64,000 bases of DNA, from contig NW_019029003.1 in assembly GCF_002105155.1 (NCBI RefSeq), positions 372,001-436,000 on the forward strand, in the 5' to 3' direction. Shown here in pieces: positions 11,563-26,543 of the stretch; position 1 is the first letter of the stretch, and each line of letters begins with the position of its first letter. The DNA comes from Lobosporangium transversale. Its lineage: Eukaryota. The notes beneath the pieces were generated by a model. It saw only the letters and a list, made by a program, of their open reading frames with translations. It ran no database searches and was not told the origin of the DNA. Made by a program: the position numbers and the translations under genes.

Positions 11563-14016
11563 TGCAGTCAATGTTTATACCATTTATGATTGTATCCACA
11601 TATGGATGTAGATATAAATATAATATCCTTCCATACCACACAACGCAATCCAACACAAGAAAGAATGCCGCAGTGGTGATGGGTGGAGCGAAAGAGAAAA
11701 AAAGGAGGATTGGAGAGAAGAAAGAAAAGGGGTGGGGGGGATGAGGTTAATCAATCAATCAATCGATACATAAATCCCAAGATACACATATTTTATGAAT
11801 AAACTGGACTGGATGTCACACACGTATAAATATATAAAGGTATATCTTATTGTATACAGTATAATATATAAATATAAATATATAATAGGATAATAGTAGT
11901 ATGAGAGGAGAGTATTTAAACGAGTTGTTGATGTCAATCTATTACGTATTATCGTAAATGCTAAAAAGCAAATAGTAAAATAAAATGTTTGAAATGCAGT
12001 GCCCCATTTTGCAGTCATTTAGTCATTTAGTCATCTAGTTACTAGTCATCTAGTCAGGAAAAAAAAAAAAAAAAAAAAAAAAAATAGTTATGACCGTGCT
12101 TGCAAACTTTTTTTTTTTTTTTTTTTTTTACCCCTCCTTCGCCTCTTTCTTTCTTTTCTTCTCTTTCTTTCTTTTGTACTTCTCTCTCTCTCTCTCTCTC
12201 TCCTCTCAATTTTAATTTGTAATTATTGAAAGGCAGAGTTTGTTCATCTCTGATCACTTTCATTTCTCATCACTCCATCGTTCCTTTTTCCATTCTCCCA
12301 TTGTCCATCCATTCTTCAATCCAACCTCTATTCAATTTCAAGCTGAATTCATTCCATTCCATTCCATTCCGTTCTATTTTCATTTATCTCTTTCTTATTC
12401 CCCATAAAAAAAAAACATTATTCTCTCATTCTTTCACGTTCAATCTCTCCTTCATTCTTTCTTCTTTCTCTTCTTCTTTGAGTAAGTCACGGGAACTGAT
12501 TTCAATACGAAATAACACCTGATTCATTCGTTCAACATCCTCTTTCTCTCTCTCTTTCATTCAACCTCTTACCTTTCTTATATATCCTTATCATCAGTAA
12601 AGGATATTATTCAAGCCATCAATCACTTGTCCAAAACGTAATTGCGCAAGGAGTCTTTTTTTTTTTTTTTTTTTTTTTTCTTCTCCCTTCTCCTCTCTTC
12701 AATAACAGCTACAACAATAACAGGCAACAACAGCAACAGTAACAGTAACAGGCAGCGACAGCAATAAATTATTTCAGTACACTTCGTTAGGGTTTCATAC
12801 TTGGTGATGAGACGCATAAATGAAAAGGATTTAAAAGAAAAAAAATTGTGAAGGGGGGTCTACATCTGGGGAGACTGATAAAAAAAAAAAAAAAAAAAAA
12901 AAAAAGTTCAAGAGAAATCAACCTTCTTAAAAAGTACAGGGAAGAGCTTATCTGGCAAAAAAAAAAAAAAAAAAAAAAAAAAAAGAAACAGAGAAGCCTA
13001 TTCTATCCACAAGTGGATGCTTTGCTCCCCATCTGTTTTAGGCAAGCAAAGCATATTCCGTTCGCTCCCTTGGCTCTTTCACTCTCTTTTATTTCTCTTA
13101 TTTTCTTGAACTCCTTGCATTGCTTTCGGCTCTTGTCCCATTTCCTCATCAAGGTCGATACAGAGCAAAAAAGAAAAAAAAAGAAAAAAAAAGAAAAAAA
13201 GAGGTAGATAGAGAGGAGAGGATAGAGAGATGGCTGTCTCCCTTTTATTTTTCCCAAGAATAAATAAAAAAAAAAAAAAAAAAAAGCGATTGAGCTACAG
13301 ACAATGTGAAATATGGAAATATGGCGTATTTTTATAATAATCATTTCATTTTGGAGCAATTGAAACGAAACTGACCAATTTTTTTCTTTTTTTCTCTTTC
13401 CCTCTTATTAATCGTCCAAATCCATCTTTGCTCACAAACATTCACACATTCTCTCACATTCATCACGCACATACTCACATTTTTTCATTTCTCCACATTT
13501 CTCTCTCCTTATCTCTTTCTCTTTCTCTTTCTCTCTCAATCTCTCTCATACACTCTTACATTCTCCTCATCCACCGTCGATCATTTACGTCTTTCGACGT
13601 ACACACACATACATGTGCCCTTCATCCTCTTACCTCTCTTGTATCTCTCAGATTAATCAGCAAAAAGAAACGTGTACACTCAATCATAATACACGGACAC
13701 AAGAAATACAATCGCTGTGCTTCTCCATCCCCTTATCCGCACATTCTCATCTTTTCTTTATAACAAATTCCCATCTACATTCTTCTCCCCCCCCCCTCTT
13801 TCCCCATTATTCGGTCCTATTCATTATCGTGATCATAACGTTCCTTGTCCTTTTTCATCTTATTCTTCACCTTTAATTTCATTTACTTGAACCAACTTCT
13901 AATCTATCTATCTATCTATCTATCTATCTTTTTTTTTTTCTTTTTTCTTTTTTCTTTTTAATTTTTTTTTTTTTTTTTTTTTTTAATTTTCATTTTATTT
14001 TTACTTCTGTGTGGAC

Positions 14017-14541
14017 ATGGACTCTAGTCTTGTCATCGACCACACAGGGGGCAATTCATCCCGCACAAATACAACATATACTGCCTCCTCTACCGCCGAT
14101 ACTGACAACACTGATATCATCCCTAGTAATATAAAGATCATCGGCGCCAGTACAGAAGGCAGGACGGACTCTGCTTTGCGGAACATGACTACAAGTACTG
14201 CCGCTGCCATGGCCCAACAGAGTCTCAACACTACAACTGCCTGCATAGACGCAGGCGATGAATCAGAACCCCACCTTCATACTCCGCCTCAACAACAACA
14301 ACAACGGGAACAGGCCAACGACACAAAAATTGACTCAATACAGGTCAATGCTCCAAACACCAATCAAAAATCCTCTGTCCCTCCATCTGAGGATTCATCC
14401 TCTATCAACTCTCACCAATCCCTGCCAACTATCACTTCTAGGACTTCAACATCCTCCTCCGTATCCTCCATTTCATCTGCATCCTCTTGCTCTACTACTA
14501 CTTCTGATGACCATCATTCACAAGGTAAGATTTACTAGTCC

Positions 14542-14572
<31 letters not shown>

Positions 14573-17500
14573 TATTTATTTCTTTATTTATTTTTTATTT
14601 TGGGAGCCATGTCATTCCCGACGACACAATGATGATAATTATGATAATTTTGCTCTCATTTTGGTCCGTTGGCTTAGTGCTAATTCTTCCTCTCTTATTT
14701 TATTTATTTATTTATTTTCATGCATCACCAATGTGTTCCTGTTTTAATGTAGCCTCAAAATCCTCCTTTTCTTCAAAAAGGAAGGCTGCAAGGTCCATGT
14801 CGCTTGCATCAACACCCGCATCTATCTCTGAGCTGTTTCGTCGCCAGAGCAGCACAACTAGTTTGGGCAGCATCCTCACACCCTCAACTCCATATTTGGA
14901 AAGCAAGAGCTCCGATCCCATTCAAGGTCCAATTCAATTCGGTTTTGGCTCCTTCCTTCTTTGGCTAAAAGATCATCCTTCCTCATCCAAGGTTGGATCT
15001 GAAAACCTCGGCAGGTTCTTACTAGTCAAGAGTGCCTCCTTAATTGCTGCCTGTCTGGGCTGTGTCTACGGTCTGGTCTTTGACAAGCAACTGTCCATCT
15101 CCGCTTGCTCCTTTCTTCTCTTCTTCCTGCCCGCTGTCCAAGGCGCCACAGGCGCAACCCGTCTATGTGGACTCATTCTTTCTCTAGCCATCACCGCAGT
15201 CTTCATAAACTTTCAGATGCGGACCATCCCTTTGTTGGGTCCCAGTCTCGAGACCACACTACTCTTTGCCTTACCCCTCGTGACTGGAATGCTTGTCGGA
15301 CGCAGAGTTGGCCTAGCTTCCTGTCTGGCAATCATTCTCTATTCTATTGAAGAGTATCGCGAGAAAACTAAGGTTAGTACAAAGTACATGTCTTAATGAT
15401 CATCGTTTGTGGAATCTTTTAAAGTTTTAATGTGTTTTATTTATTTTTATTATTATTTAAAAAAAAAAACCTTTTTCTTGCTAGGATGGAGTGCTCTCCG
15501 AGGAGGAAGCTTCTCGTCTGTGGGCTGGCTTCGGTGCCTTTTGGGTTTCAGTCCTGTTCTTGGGAGCTATGACATGCCTATACCAATGGTGTGTCGATGT
15601 CTGTGTTCGCGACGCCAACCTTTTCAAGGACATTGCTGTTGCTAACGCAAAGTCAAAGGATGGTGTTGTTTCATCCGTCTCTCACGAACTGAGGTAAGCA
15701 CCCTCCTTTTCCTGCTTTTGTCTTTGATAATGATAACAGACTCCTAGATTATCATTCAAAAAAAAAAAAAAAAAAAAAAAAAGTATATTTCCTGAATGGG
15801 GTTTAGCATATTAACTTTCCATGTTTTCCTCATATTTTATCTTGCTTCGCCAGAACTCCTTTGGCCGCATTGATTGGATGGACCGAACTCTTGATGAGTG
15901 ACCAGACTCTTAGCTCGAGTGCCCAGTCAACTGTGTCAATGTTGCATTCATCAACACTGTCGCTACTCACAATCTTGAATGCGCTCCTGGATGTGTCCAA
16001 GGTATCTGCAGCCAAAATGACGAATTGCAGTCAAAATTTCAATCTGCACGATCTCGTGCTCGATACCGCTAGGATGATGACCGGTCTCTCCGGTACTCGC
16101 ACTGTAGAATTACTGGTCGACTTTAGTGCTCAAGTCCCGGAATTGGTTCGTGCTGACCCAGGAATCATCAAGCAAGTCCTTGGCAATTTGATCTCAAACG
16201 CCATCAAGGTAAATGGGCCAGAACATCTTCCTATCTCCCCCAACAATGTTTCTATTACGACTGAACATCCCTCCCTAATATATATATATATTTTTTTCTT
16301 ATTCTTCTTCTTCCGTACCTTAATAGTTTACTGATGTTGGTTATGTCAACGTCGGAGTTTCTTTAAAGGACGAGGACGACGATACTGTCACTGTCGAGTT
16401 TGTGGTTCAGGATACTGGGAAAGGCATTGCAGAGGAGCAAAAGGATAAGCTCTTTGTTGAATTCAGTCAGGTCGAGGGTGGCAAATGCAAGACTCACGAG
16501 GCTGGAACTGGCCTAGGTCTGTTTTTGGTCAAGAACTTGGTCGAAGTTATGAACGGTACTGTCTTTGTTGATAGTAAACTTGGCGTGGGCTCTACATTCG
16601 GATTTGTAGTCAAGATGGAGAAACAGTTCCTCGCTTTTAGGACACCCGGTTATGATCATGTTGTCACTGTTTCGTCTGCCTTCCAGGCTGGAACCGTTCA
16701 GCTAGATCCTGCTTCGCCCGTCCTTCCAGTTACGCCAGGCCTTGCCCGTAGCACGACACCCATGCCCATGAACGATTCTGTAGCGGGTATCAAAATCACC
16801 CCTGTTTCAACTCCTGCTGCCACTCCCAAGGATCAAAACCAAGCTAAAGATTACTTCACCTTGCAGCCCTCCGAGGTCACGCGCGCAAATGCCAACAACA
16901 TCACGCTCAGAACTCGTGACCACGCCTTCCTCTCCAACCGCCAGTACTACCTTCATTCTCAGTGCAATTACTTTGAGGACTTTTTGTGGAACACTGCTGC
17001 AGGCCGTTGGAAGGCACATGGCGTTCGACGACTGTCATATGAAGAGTGCACCTATGGTTGGCAAACAGACTTTGGGCTTGATGACTCTTTGGCCCGTTTT
17101 GGAGATGTGTTCTTGATCGACCTGAGTCCCAGCACCAATCAACCAAAGCTGGAGAGTGTACTCACGGACCAGGAATATGCGCGCCAGTTCCTGGCAAAGC
17201 TTTCACAGCTGCTGATTATCAGAGCTGAGGCACGTGTTGGCATTGCTCGTCAGGCCTCCATCATCTTATTTTACCCCTTTGGCCATCCCCCATCACTAGG
17301 TCAGGAACCTCTGCTGACGCTGGGACAGTATTATCAAATCTCGCTCTGCCGTAAACCGGTCTCGGAGCGTGCCTTGGGTGCCATTATCAAAAGACAAGTC
17401 GTCACCATCCAAGCCAGTGTTAATGAGGAACCCTGTGCCACCCCAAGTCCTGCGCCTGCACCCGGTACACCATCCATGCCTGCCAAGGCTTTTGACTTTG

Positions 17501-18561
17501 AGCATGGGCTACGTCTCGGTCGACAAGAAGGGGCCAAGAAGGCTACTTTTGCCCCATCATCCACTAATGATCCAAAGGATGTAAAGGCAACCAAAGATCT
17601 CAAATCAACATCGTCCGTAGAGTCACCTCAACCACAGGCACCCAATCCCAATGTCGCTCAAACCCAAGCATCTCATGTACGATTTGCAAAGAGGAATGGG
17701 TCAGTTCCCAAGCTTGCCTTGAATGGGGATGCCGCCCTGGCACAACCGTCAGAATCTGGGTCGAAGCCTGTAGAGAAGGTGGGGAGGCCAATCAAGAGCC
17801 TGTTGAAGCGCGCCTCTGCAAATGCCAAGAGCAAGTTACGACCCGCTTTGATGTCCTCGGAGAGTATCCAGAGCCTCAATGCGGAAGGTAAGCGGGTGCT
17901 GATTGTTGATGACAACTCCTTCAATCGCAACCTGCTGTACCATCAACTGACTAAGCTTGGCGTGTCTCGCGTTGACCAAGCAGGATCCGGACAAGAAGCT
18001 GTCGACACCTTCCTTCCTGGTATCCACGTATTAGTTCTGATGGATCTGAAGATGCCCACAATGGGTGGCTTCCAAGCGACAACACTGATTCGTCAGAAGG
18101 AAGCTGAGCACTGGGGTCCAACAGCTGTTATTGCAGAGCCGTCCAAGGGTTTGCCTATTATGAGTACTTTGAACGAAAGTTGGATGGATGATAACTGTCC
18201 TTGGTCCCCCGAGCGTTTTGCGGGCCCTCCAGATGTTTCACATCGACGAAGCTCTGGTGGATCCTCCGGCGCACTCTCCTCATCACCCAAGGCCACCAGA
18301 GAGCGATCAAAGAAAACGGACGCATCGCCCTCCAACATGGACGAGCCAAACTCTACTGAAGAAAACAACATCAATCCTAATCCTAAATCAGAAACAGTTC
18401 ATCCAGCCAGCATCGTTGCCTTGACTGCAGATTGGACAGCAGAGATTGGCGAAGACCGTGAAAAGGCTTTGAGCGGTGGATTTGATGATGTCATGGTGAA
18501 ACCAATTTCACTACCTTCGTTGTCAATCCTGCTGGAACGATACATGGAGAACAGGGATTGA
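14017..18561 (+). CDS. Membrane-bound hybrid histidine kinase (about 6 TM segments, HisKA, HATPase_c, receiver); 5 exons
   Basis: Exons approx. 14017-14524, 14753-15372, 15485-15693, 15854-16208, 16327-18561. H-box SHELR|TPL split by an intron; N-box QVLGNLISNAIK|FT; G1 VQDTGKGI; F-box LFVEFSQ; G2 GTGLGL; receiver VLIVDDN...LMDLKMPTMGG...IVALTA...MVKP. Confidence 0.92.
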
Positions 18562-18934
18562 AGTATTTTATTCTTCTCCACTCCATGACTTTTATTTTTT
18601 TATTTTCTTTTCTTTTTTTTAACCGAAAAAATTTTTTTTGCGATAGCTCCACCACATATCGCATGTACACTACATTACACTACACTTTCTACAATACTTT
18701 TTTTTTTTTTTTCTTTTTCCTTTTTTTAAATACCTTATGTTCCACTGTACGACTATATGCCACATAGATTTTTCCTTTCTTGTCAGAACGTCATGACACC
18801 TGTAAAATTGTATCAACACATATCTCTCTTCATGTAATAAAAATAAAAAAACCAATGAGAACAAAAAAAAAAAAAAACTAAACAGACTAGCAAATGTCAA
18901 GTGTTGGTCCCAAATGTTTTATTGAGGAAATAGC

Positions 18935-18972
<38 letters not shown>

Positions 18973-18992
18973 GAATGAGCGTCTTCTATATT

Positions 18993-20976
<1,984 letters not shown>

Positions 20977-21428
20977 GGTGAAAAGCTACTGTCTGACTCT
21001 GTCTGCTTTCCTACTGTCTCTCCTTTTTTTTTTTTTTTTTTTTTTGTCGATTATCCTTCCTTTAGGTGTTTCACAAGACAGAACTGCAAAAAAAAAACTA
21101 ATTTGTAATTGAATGTATGTTTATGGAGGGATGAGGAAGAGGAAGAGAAAGAGAAAAAGAAGAAATATATCTATTTGAATATATGTGTATGTGTGTTTAT
21201 TAGCTTCGTTCTTTTCTTTTTTTTTTTTTTTTTTTTGTTCAGAGCAATGAAAGAAAGGAAAAAAAAAAAAAAAAAAAAAAGTATGCGTGCGTAATGAGGG
21301 ATGAAATCTGTGCTGTTTCTGCTTACGCGTGTCTCGCGTGCATCACCACTTTTATTCAAATTTATGCAGCTCATACGATCGGTGCAGCTTCTCAAGCGCA
21401 TCTCATTTTAGTCACATGATATGAGAAA

Positions 21429-24400
21429 CTAACTCAAACTGAACGCGTATTGTGACATCAAGTTCAAACGCTCTAGAAAAAAAAAAAAAATAAAAAAATA
21501 AAGAGAGATAGGAGCGAGTAAGTTTTTGAATACTTCTCTGCACTTCAAAAGACATTTGAATCTAAAGACAAAATTACCTGCAGAGTAGCTCATGGCGATT
21601 CTCATAAACTCAACAGCAAGAGAAGGATCGTCCTTAACCATCTTCTGGAACTGGTCTTGACTTAAACCCCAGACCACACCATCTGTCTCCGATACCAAAG
21701 TCGATGTTCGAACCTGACCCGTAAAAAGCCCAATCTCGCCCGCAATGGTGCCAGGAAGAGCCACCTCTGCTGTCCGTCGAATCACACCACTGTCTTGGAA
21801 TTCTTGTATACTTCGCATCGTGCCCGTTTCAATTATATAAAGCCCATCGACTGGTAATCCACCTTGACGCCAGAGTATTGTACCGGCCAACACTGTCTTA
21901 CGTGTAAAATACATGCTCAGCTGTAAAAAGAAATCGATCGGATTCTCACGTGTATCCGAGAATGCAGCCAAGAGTGTCGGAACGGGTTCTTGAAGATTCA
22001 TAGGTTGTGGAATAGGCCGATCATGTGCTGTTTTAATATTATTGTTAAGCATAAAAATAAGACCGAAGAATATTAGTTATTTTAGAGTCAGCCTCTTTTC
22101 CACATCTTGTAATGAGATGAATAATGTCGTATTCTTACCCAATAATGTGTCGCGGGCCACATTGAACAGAAAGCTTTTTCGCGGACTATTGGGAATTTGC
22201 TCAGAAAAGAATCGGCTGGTTTCTGAATCTCCATCCTCTTCTTGAGCAGCCGTTTCCTCCAACTGTCGTTGCCGTCGAGCCGTCTCTATGGCCGATGCCT
22301 TCGCTCGATAAAACGTCTGCAACAAGCAATTCTCGCAATATTCGAGCGCCTCGCTTAACCCGGGGAACACCTGAGTATCGAAACTCTCCTGAATTGGTTG
22401 GCCATGACCATGGCCTTCACTCATACCATTACCAGAGCCTGCGCCCCAGACGCCAACCATTTGAAGCGTCCTACTCATTTCTTCGTCCAAGCCAGAAAGA
22501 ACTAAGCACACGCCTTTAGCACGCACAGTCCGCCGGATTCGACCAAATCCCTCTGCTGCAGAGAAATCAATGTCGCGGACCAAAGCAAAGTCCAGGACCA
22601 AGAACTGGATTGGATTAGATTCCCACCGGCGACGTGAAAATACATCCCGAATAGCCATTTCAACTTTGTTGATCGTTCCAAAGAACATGTCACCTTGTAG
22701 TTTGAAGATGTAAATCTGACGGCCGACTTGTCGAAGGAATTTTTGTTGTCGATAGACACGCCTGACTGTCGACTTGGCTGATTCACCCGTGCATGAATAC
22801 CGGATACATTCCTTACGAGAATTCTTAACCACAAAGAATACACAGGCCAGCAAGATACCCACAAAGATACCCTCGACGAATCCGAGCGCCGCCATGAAGA
22901 CGACAATCAAGATAATCGTAAGATATTCGAAGCGATGAACAAGACCCCAGGTGTCTAAAAGGGCTTCTTTAACAAGGTCCATACCTAGATGGAAGATAAG
23001 GGCACCAACTACCATCACAGGAATATAGCCTACTATCCATGGGCCTATAAGAAACACAATAAGCGTAGCTACGGCGAGCATGATCCCTGCCACTCGGCTG
23101 TTACCACCAGATTTAATGAATAACACCGAATTTGTATACACCAGATAGTCTAAGTATATGTTAAGAGACATGGACGGATAGTGTCTTGTCAGCTTATAGA
23201 AGTTTGCTTTAAAAGAAAGGGAGAAAAAGACAATAGAAACCAACTTACTCTGAAGCGTTCCGAAGCAACCACTCAGTAGATTAGAATAGCCGTGTGCAAC
23301 AAGTTCGCGGTTGATATCGACGTTGTCTTGTCCTGTGGATACAGCAAGTGCAGGCACATTGATTGGAACATGCAGAATTCCAAAAAATGTTAATGCAAGC
23401 ATCACAGGCACTGTTTCCAAAATGGCACTCCAATTGGTTTTCCCGAGATCTATTGTTAATAACAACAACAATGACAGCATTGAGAACGTTAGCGAGATAT
23501 CAGTATTGTGTTTCTTCCGTGAGATACCCAAAAAAAAAAAAAAATTGTCATACCAAAAAAGGTATAAAATTGCCAGCCTGGTGCATTGCCTGATGGCATC
23601 GGAAAAACCCATCCATTTTCACGGAGCATATCCCAGTCAAAGCCGGCAATAGCTACAATCAGATAAAAAAGCATTGGGACAGCCATGAAGAATGTCGGGA
23701 TCAAGAACGGATGTTTAATCTTGCGCTGCAGTAAACGTAGCACGAGTGCCAGCGACAGCGGTGTAAACCAGAGTGAGAAGACATGGTGGTTCAGGAATAG
23801 AAATCTAAAAGTCTCATAAGAGTATGTCAACTCAGAGGTCATTCTCGAAGTCACCTCCAAACCAGTAATGACCAAGAACCAGCCTACACCCCCGATGCAT
23901 CCCACTAGGATATGGCGAGGAAAGAACGCAATCAAAGACCCAAGCTATATTTATGATGAATGAAATATGTTAATTTTTTTTTTTACATGTTAATTTGTCT
24001 TCCATTAGTGACTACAACAACCGTTATCCTTTCCAACCAACCTTGAAGTATCCAAGAGACATGAAGGCTGCACCAGTCATAATGGCGCTAAGAGCATACG
24101 CGAGGATAGTAGTCGCAATAACCTCATCCTTGTTTTCAGCTCCAAGTCTTCCCACAATTGTTTCTGCCCTATGCATGCAAAGACCCACAGACAGAGATAA
24201 ACGATGATTACTCATCATTTGTGTTACACACTTGTGGAAGAAGGTTTTCATGCTACATAATAGGTCTCTCTTCTTCGCGCTAAAAAGCTTGTTTTTCCTC
24301 CCCACCCCCTTTTTTTTTTTTTTTTTTTTTTTTTTCAGCACTTACATCAAATGCAAGAATGGAACCACCTCAATCATCATTCCTCCGTTCCCGCCTTTAA

Positions 24401-25769
24401 AAGCACTGCCGCCAAGAGAAAAGACTAGTTGAGAAATAATACAGCTCACAAAAAACATGGAGATGCCATCAGGTCCAAGAGATTGAAATGGAGCAGTGTT
24501 GAGCGGGAAAATGATCAAACCTAATATGGAATAAAAGTAAAATTTTGTATTAGAAAGTCAACAAATCGTGAAAATTCAAAACAGACACAACAAGGCGCAC
24601 TCACCATATGAGATGGCATCTAAAAGATTTAAGAGCAAGCCGAGAACAACTGCTGGTAGAAAGCCGATAGGTTCATATAGGCACTTTTGAATAATCATTT
24701 TTGAAGTCCACTTGTTTGATTTAAAGTCATCCCAAGCACTCTCCTGTGTCGTGATAAGGCTACTCATGGATCTTCGTGGCCGACAATATCGTCCTTGATT
24801 TCTAACATTGGTTCCAACACTATCATATCCATTCGTTAATGCGGTCTGCGGGAGGAGCGACTCTGCCTCATCACTCGAGAATGTCTCGTCCTGTGGTCCA
24901 ATAAAAAAGTTCTTCCATCGAGCCAAGAATCCAGTGGCGTCAGTGGACGATGACACCAACATATCCTCACCCTCGCCACCCTCTACAATATGGCCATCTC
25001 CAGCGGCTGATGTTGTCATTGTCGTCCTTGTGTTATGGCGACTGAGGGTATGGTCAAGGGATGGATCTTGGGACGATACTGGGTGTGGTTTTTGAAAGGG
25101 GCTCAAGATGTTGTTGTCGCTGTCATTTACTAAAAGTGCTGTTGTTGGTGTTGCAGCTGATGTAGAGGATGATGCAGCTTCTGGTCTTCCTGTGCTTTGA
25201 CCATTAGATTTCAAAAGCATACTCAATCCACTGGAAGGGATTTCCCTGTCCGGAATGCCCTCGAAAAGTTGTTGACGGCGGACGCCAAACGATGATGAAA
25301 ACAGTGGTTGATTAAACTGAAGTGAACCAGTATTTCCAGCCATACCCATACTAGACAACGAGGTGCTCGTCGCTAGTGAAGTGCCCGCTACAGCTGCAGG
25401 GAGATCCAAGGTATGGAGCTGTTCCAAATGTCCAAGTGCCAAGGATTGCTCACGGATCAAAGATGATGAGAACAGTACTTGAGATGTAAATGACATAGCG
25501 TGCGGTTGCAATAGAGGATCTTCCAATAGTGCGGAATTAATGGAGCTCCTTCGTTGGCTAACCACTGAGGCCACATCGCCCATGGATCTTGTGTCTGACA
25601 GCTTGTGTGTTGTATTATCAATCGTACTCGTACTCGTACTCGTACTCAGATGGCGGCCACTATGATGTGGATCTGTGATAGATGTAGAGCTAGTGGCTGA
25701 TTTTCTGAGAGGAGGTCGGCCAGAAAGGCTACTCGACTGAAAGTTTGTGCCGTGCGGATTTAGCGACAT
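21429..25769 (-). CDS. SulP/SLC26-family transporter with STAS and cNMP-binding domains (yeast Vsb1/YGR125W-like); multi-exon
   Basis: PAVVLGLLLNLLDAISYG, SLGGSAFKGGNGGMMIEVVPF, LIAFFPRHILVGCIGGVG, LHVPINVPAL, INRELVAHGYSN, LQGDMFFGTI...LVLDF (STAS); C-terminal cNMP domain GLYIIETG...GTIAGEIG. Confidence 0.9.
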
Positions 25770-25872
25770 TGAAAGGCGTCAGGATGCACAGAGAGACTGG
25801 CTGGTCTTGTGGTTAGCTGGTGTAAACGGCAATGAGGGTGTTTTCAGAAAAGAAGGAAATGGAAGAATGATT

Positions 25873-25911
<39 letters not shown>

Positions 25912-26543
25912 GATTGTAGTCTCGTGCTCTTCTTTCTTTTCAAGCTCCACTATCCAATATTTTAAAAAGAAGATGATGTTGCCGCTGATGTTGATGATGT
26001 CGTTGAGTCTGTATTAGTTTATGTGAATGTGGCAGAGATGATGCCTAACATCTTATGACATATCCAGATCTGAGTAAAAAAAAAAAAAAAAAAAAAAGGA
26101 GAGAATGACGAGCATCAAAAGCAGTAATGTTTACCCCCTGTAGACTGAATGGACTTACTCTCTTTTTCCTACAGCACAGACATTTGTTGTCAATTGTTAT
26201 CATAAATACTTTTTTTTTATTATAATCGCGTGGATATTTGGTATATGTATTTCCAAAGTGAAAATAATAGTCAATAAGTTAAAAAAAAAGAAGACAAAGA
26301 TACAATAAGAAAAAGAATCATGACCACAATAATAAAGTACGTGAAATATAAACAAGGACGATGCAAAAGAGCAACAGGACAAGGCGCGTGAAATAAAGAC
26401 ATAGAATAGCGAACAAAAGAGACTGTAAACATCAAAGGCATCAAAAGCATCTGGACATGAAAAAGGACGTAAAATAAAATAAATAAATAGTTAAATAGTT
26501 AAATAAATAATGGACATAATGAAGGCAAAAGAAACAGGATGCT

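Noticed and set aside
7831..13876. Many short ORFs rich in K, F, L or R/E
   Set aside because: Translations of homopolymer and microsatellite tracts.
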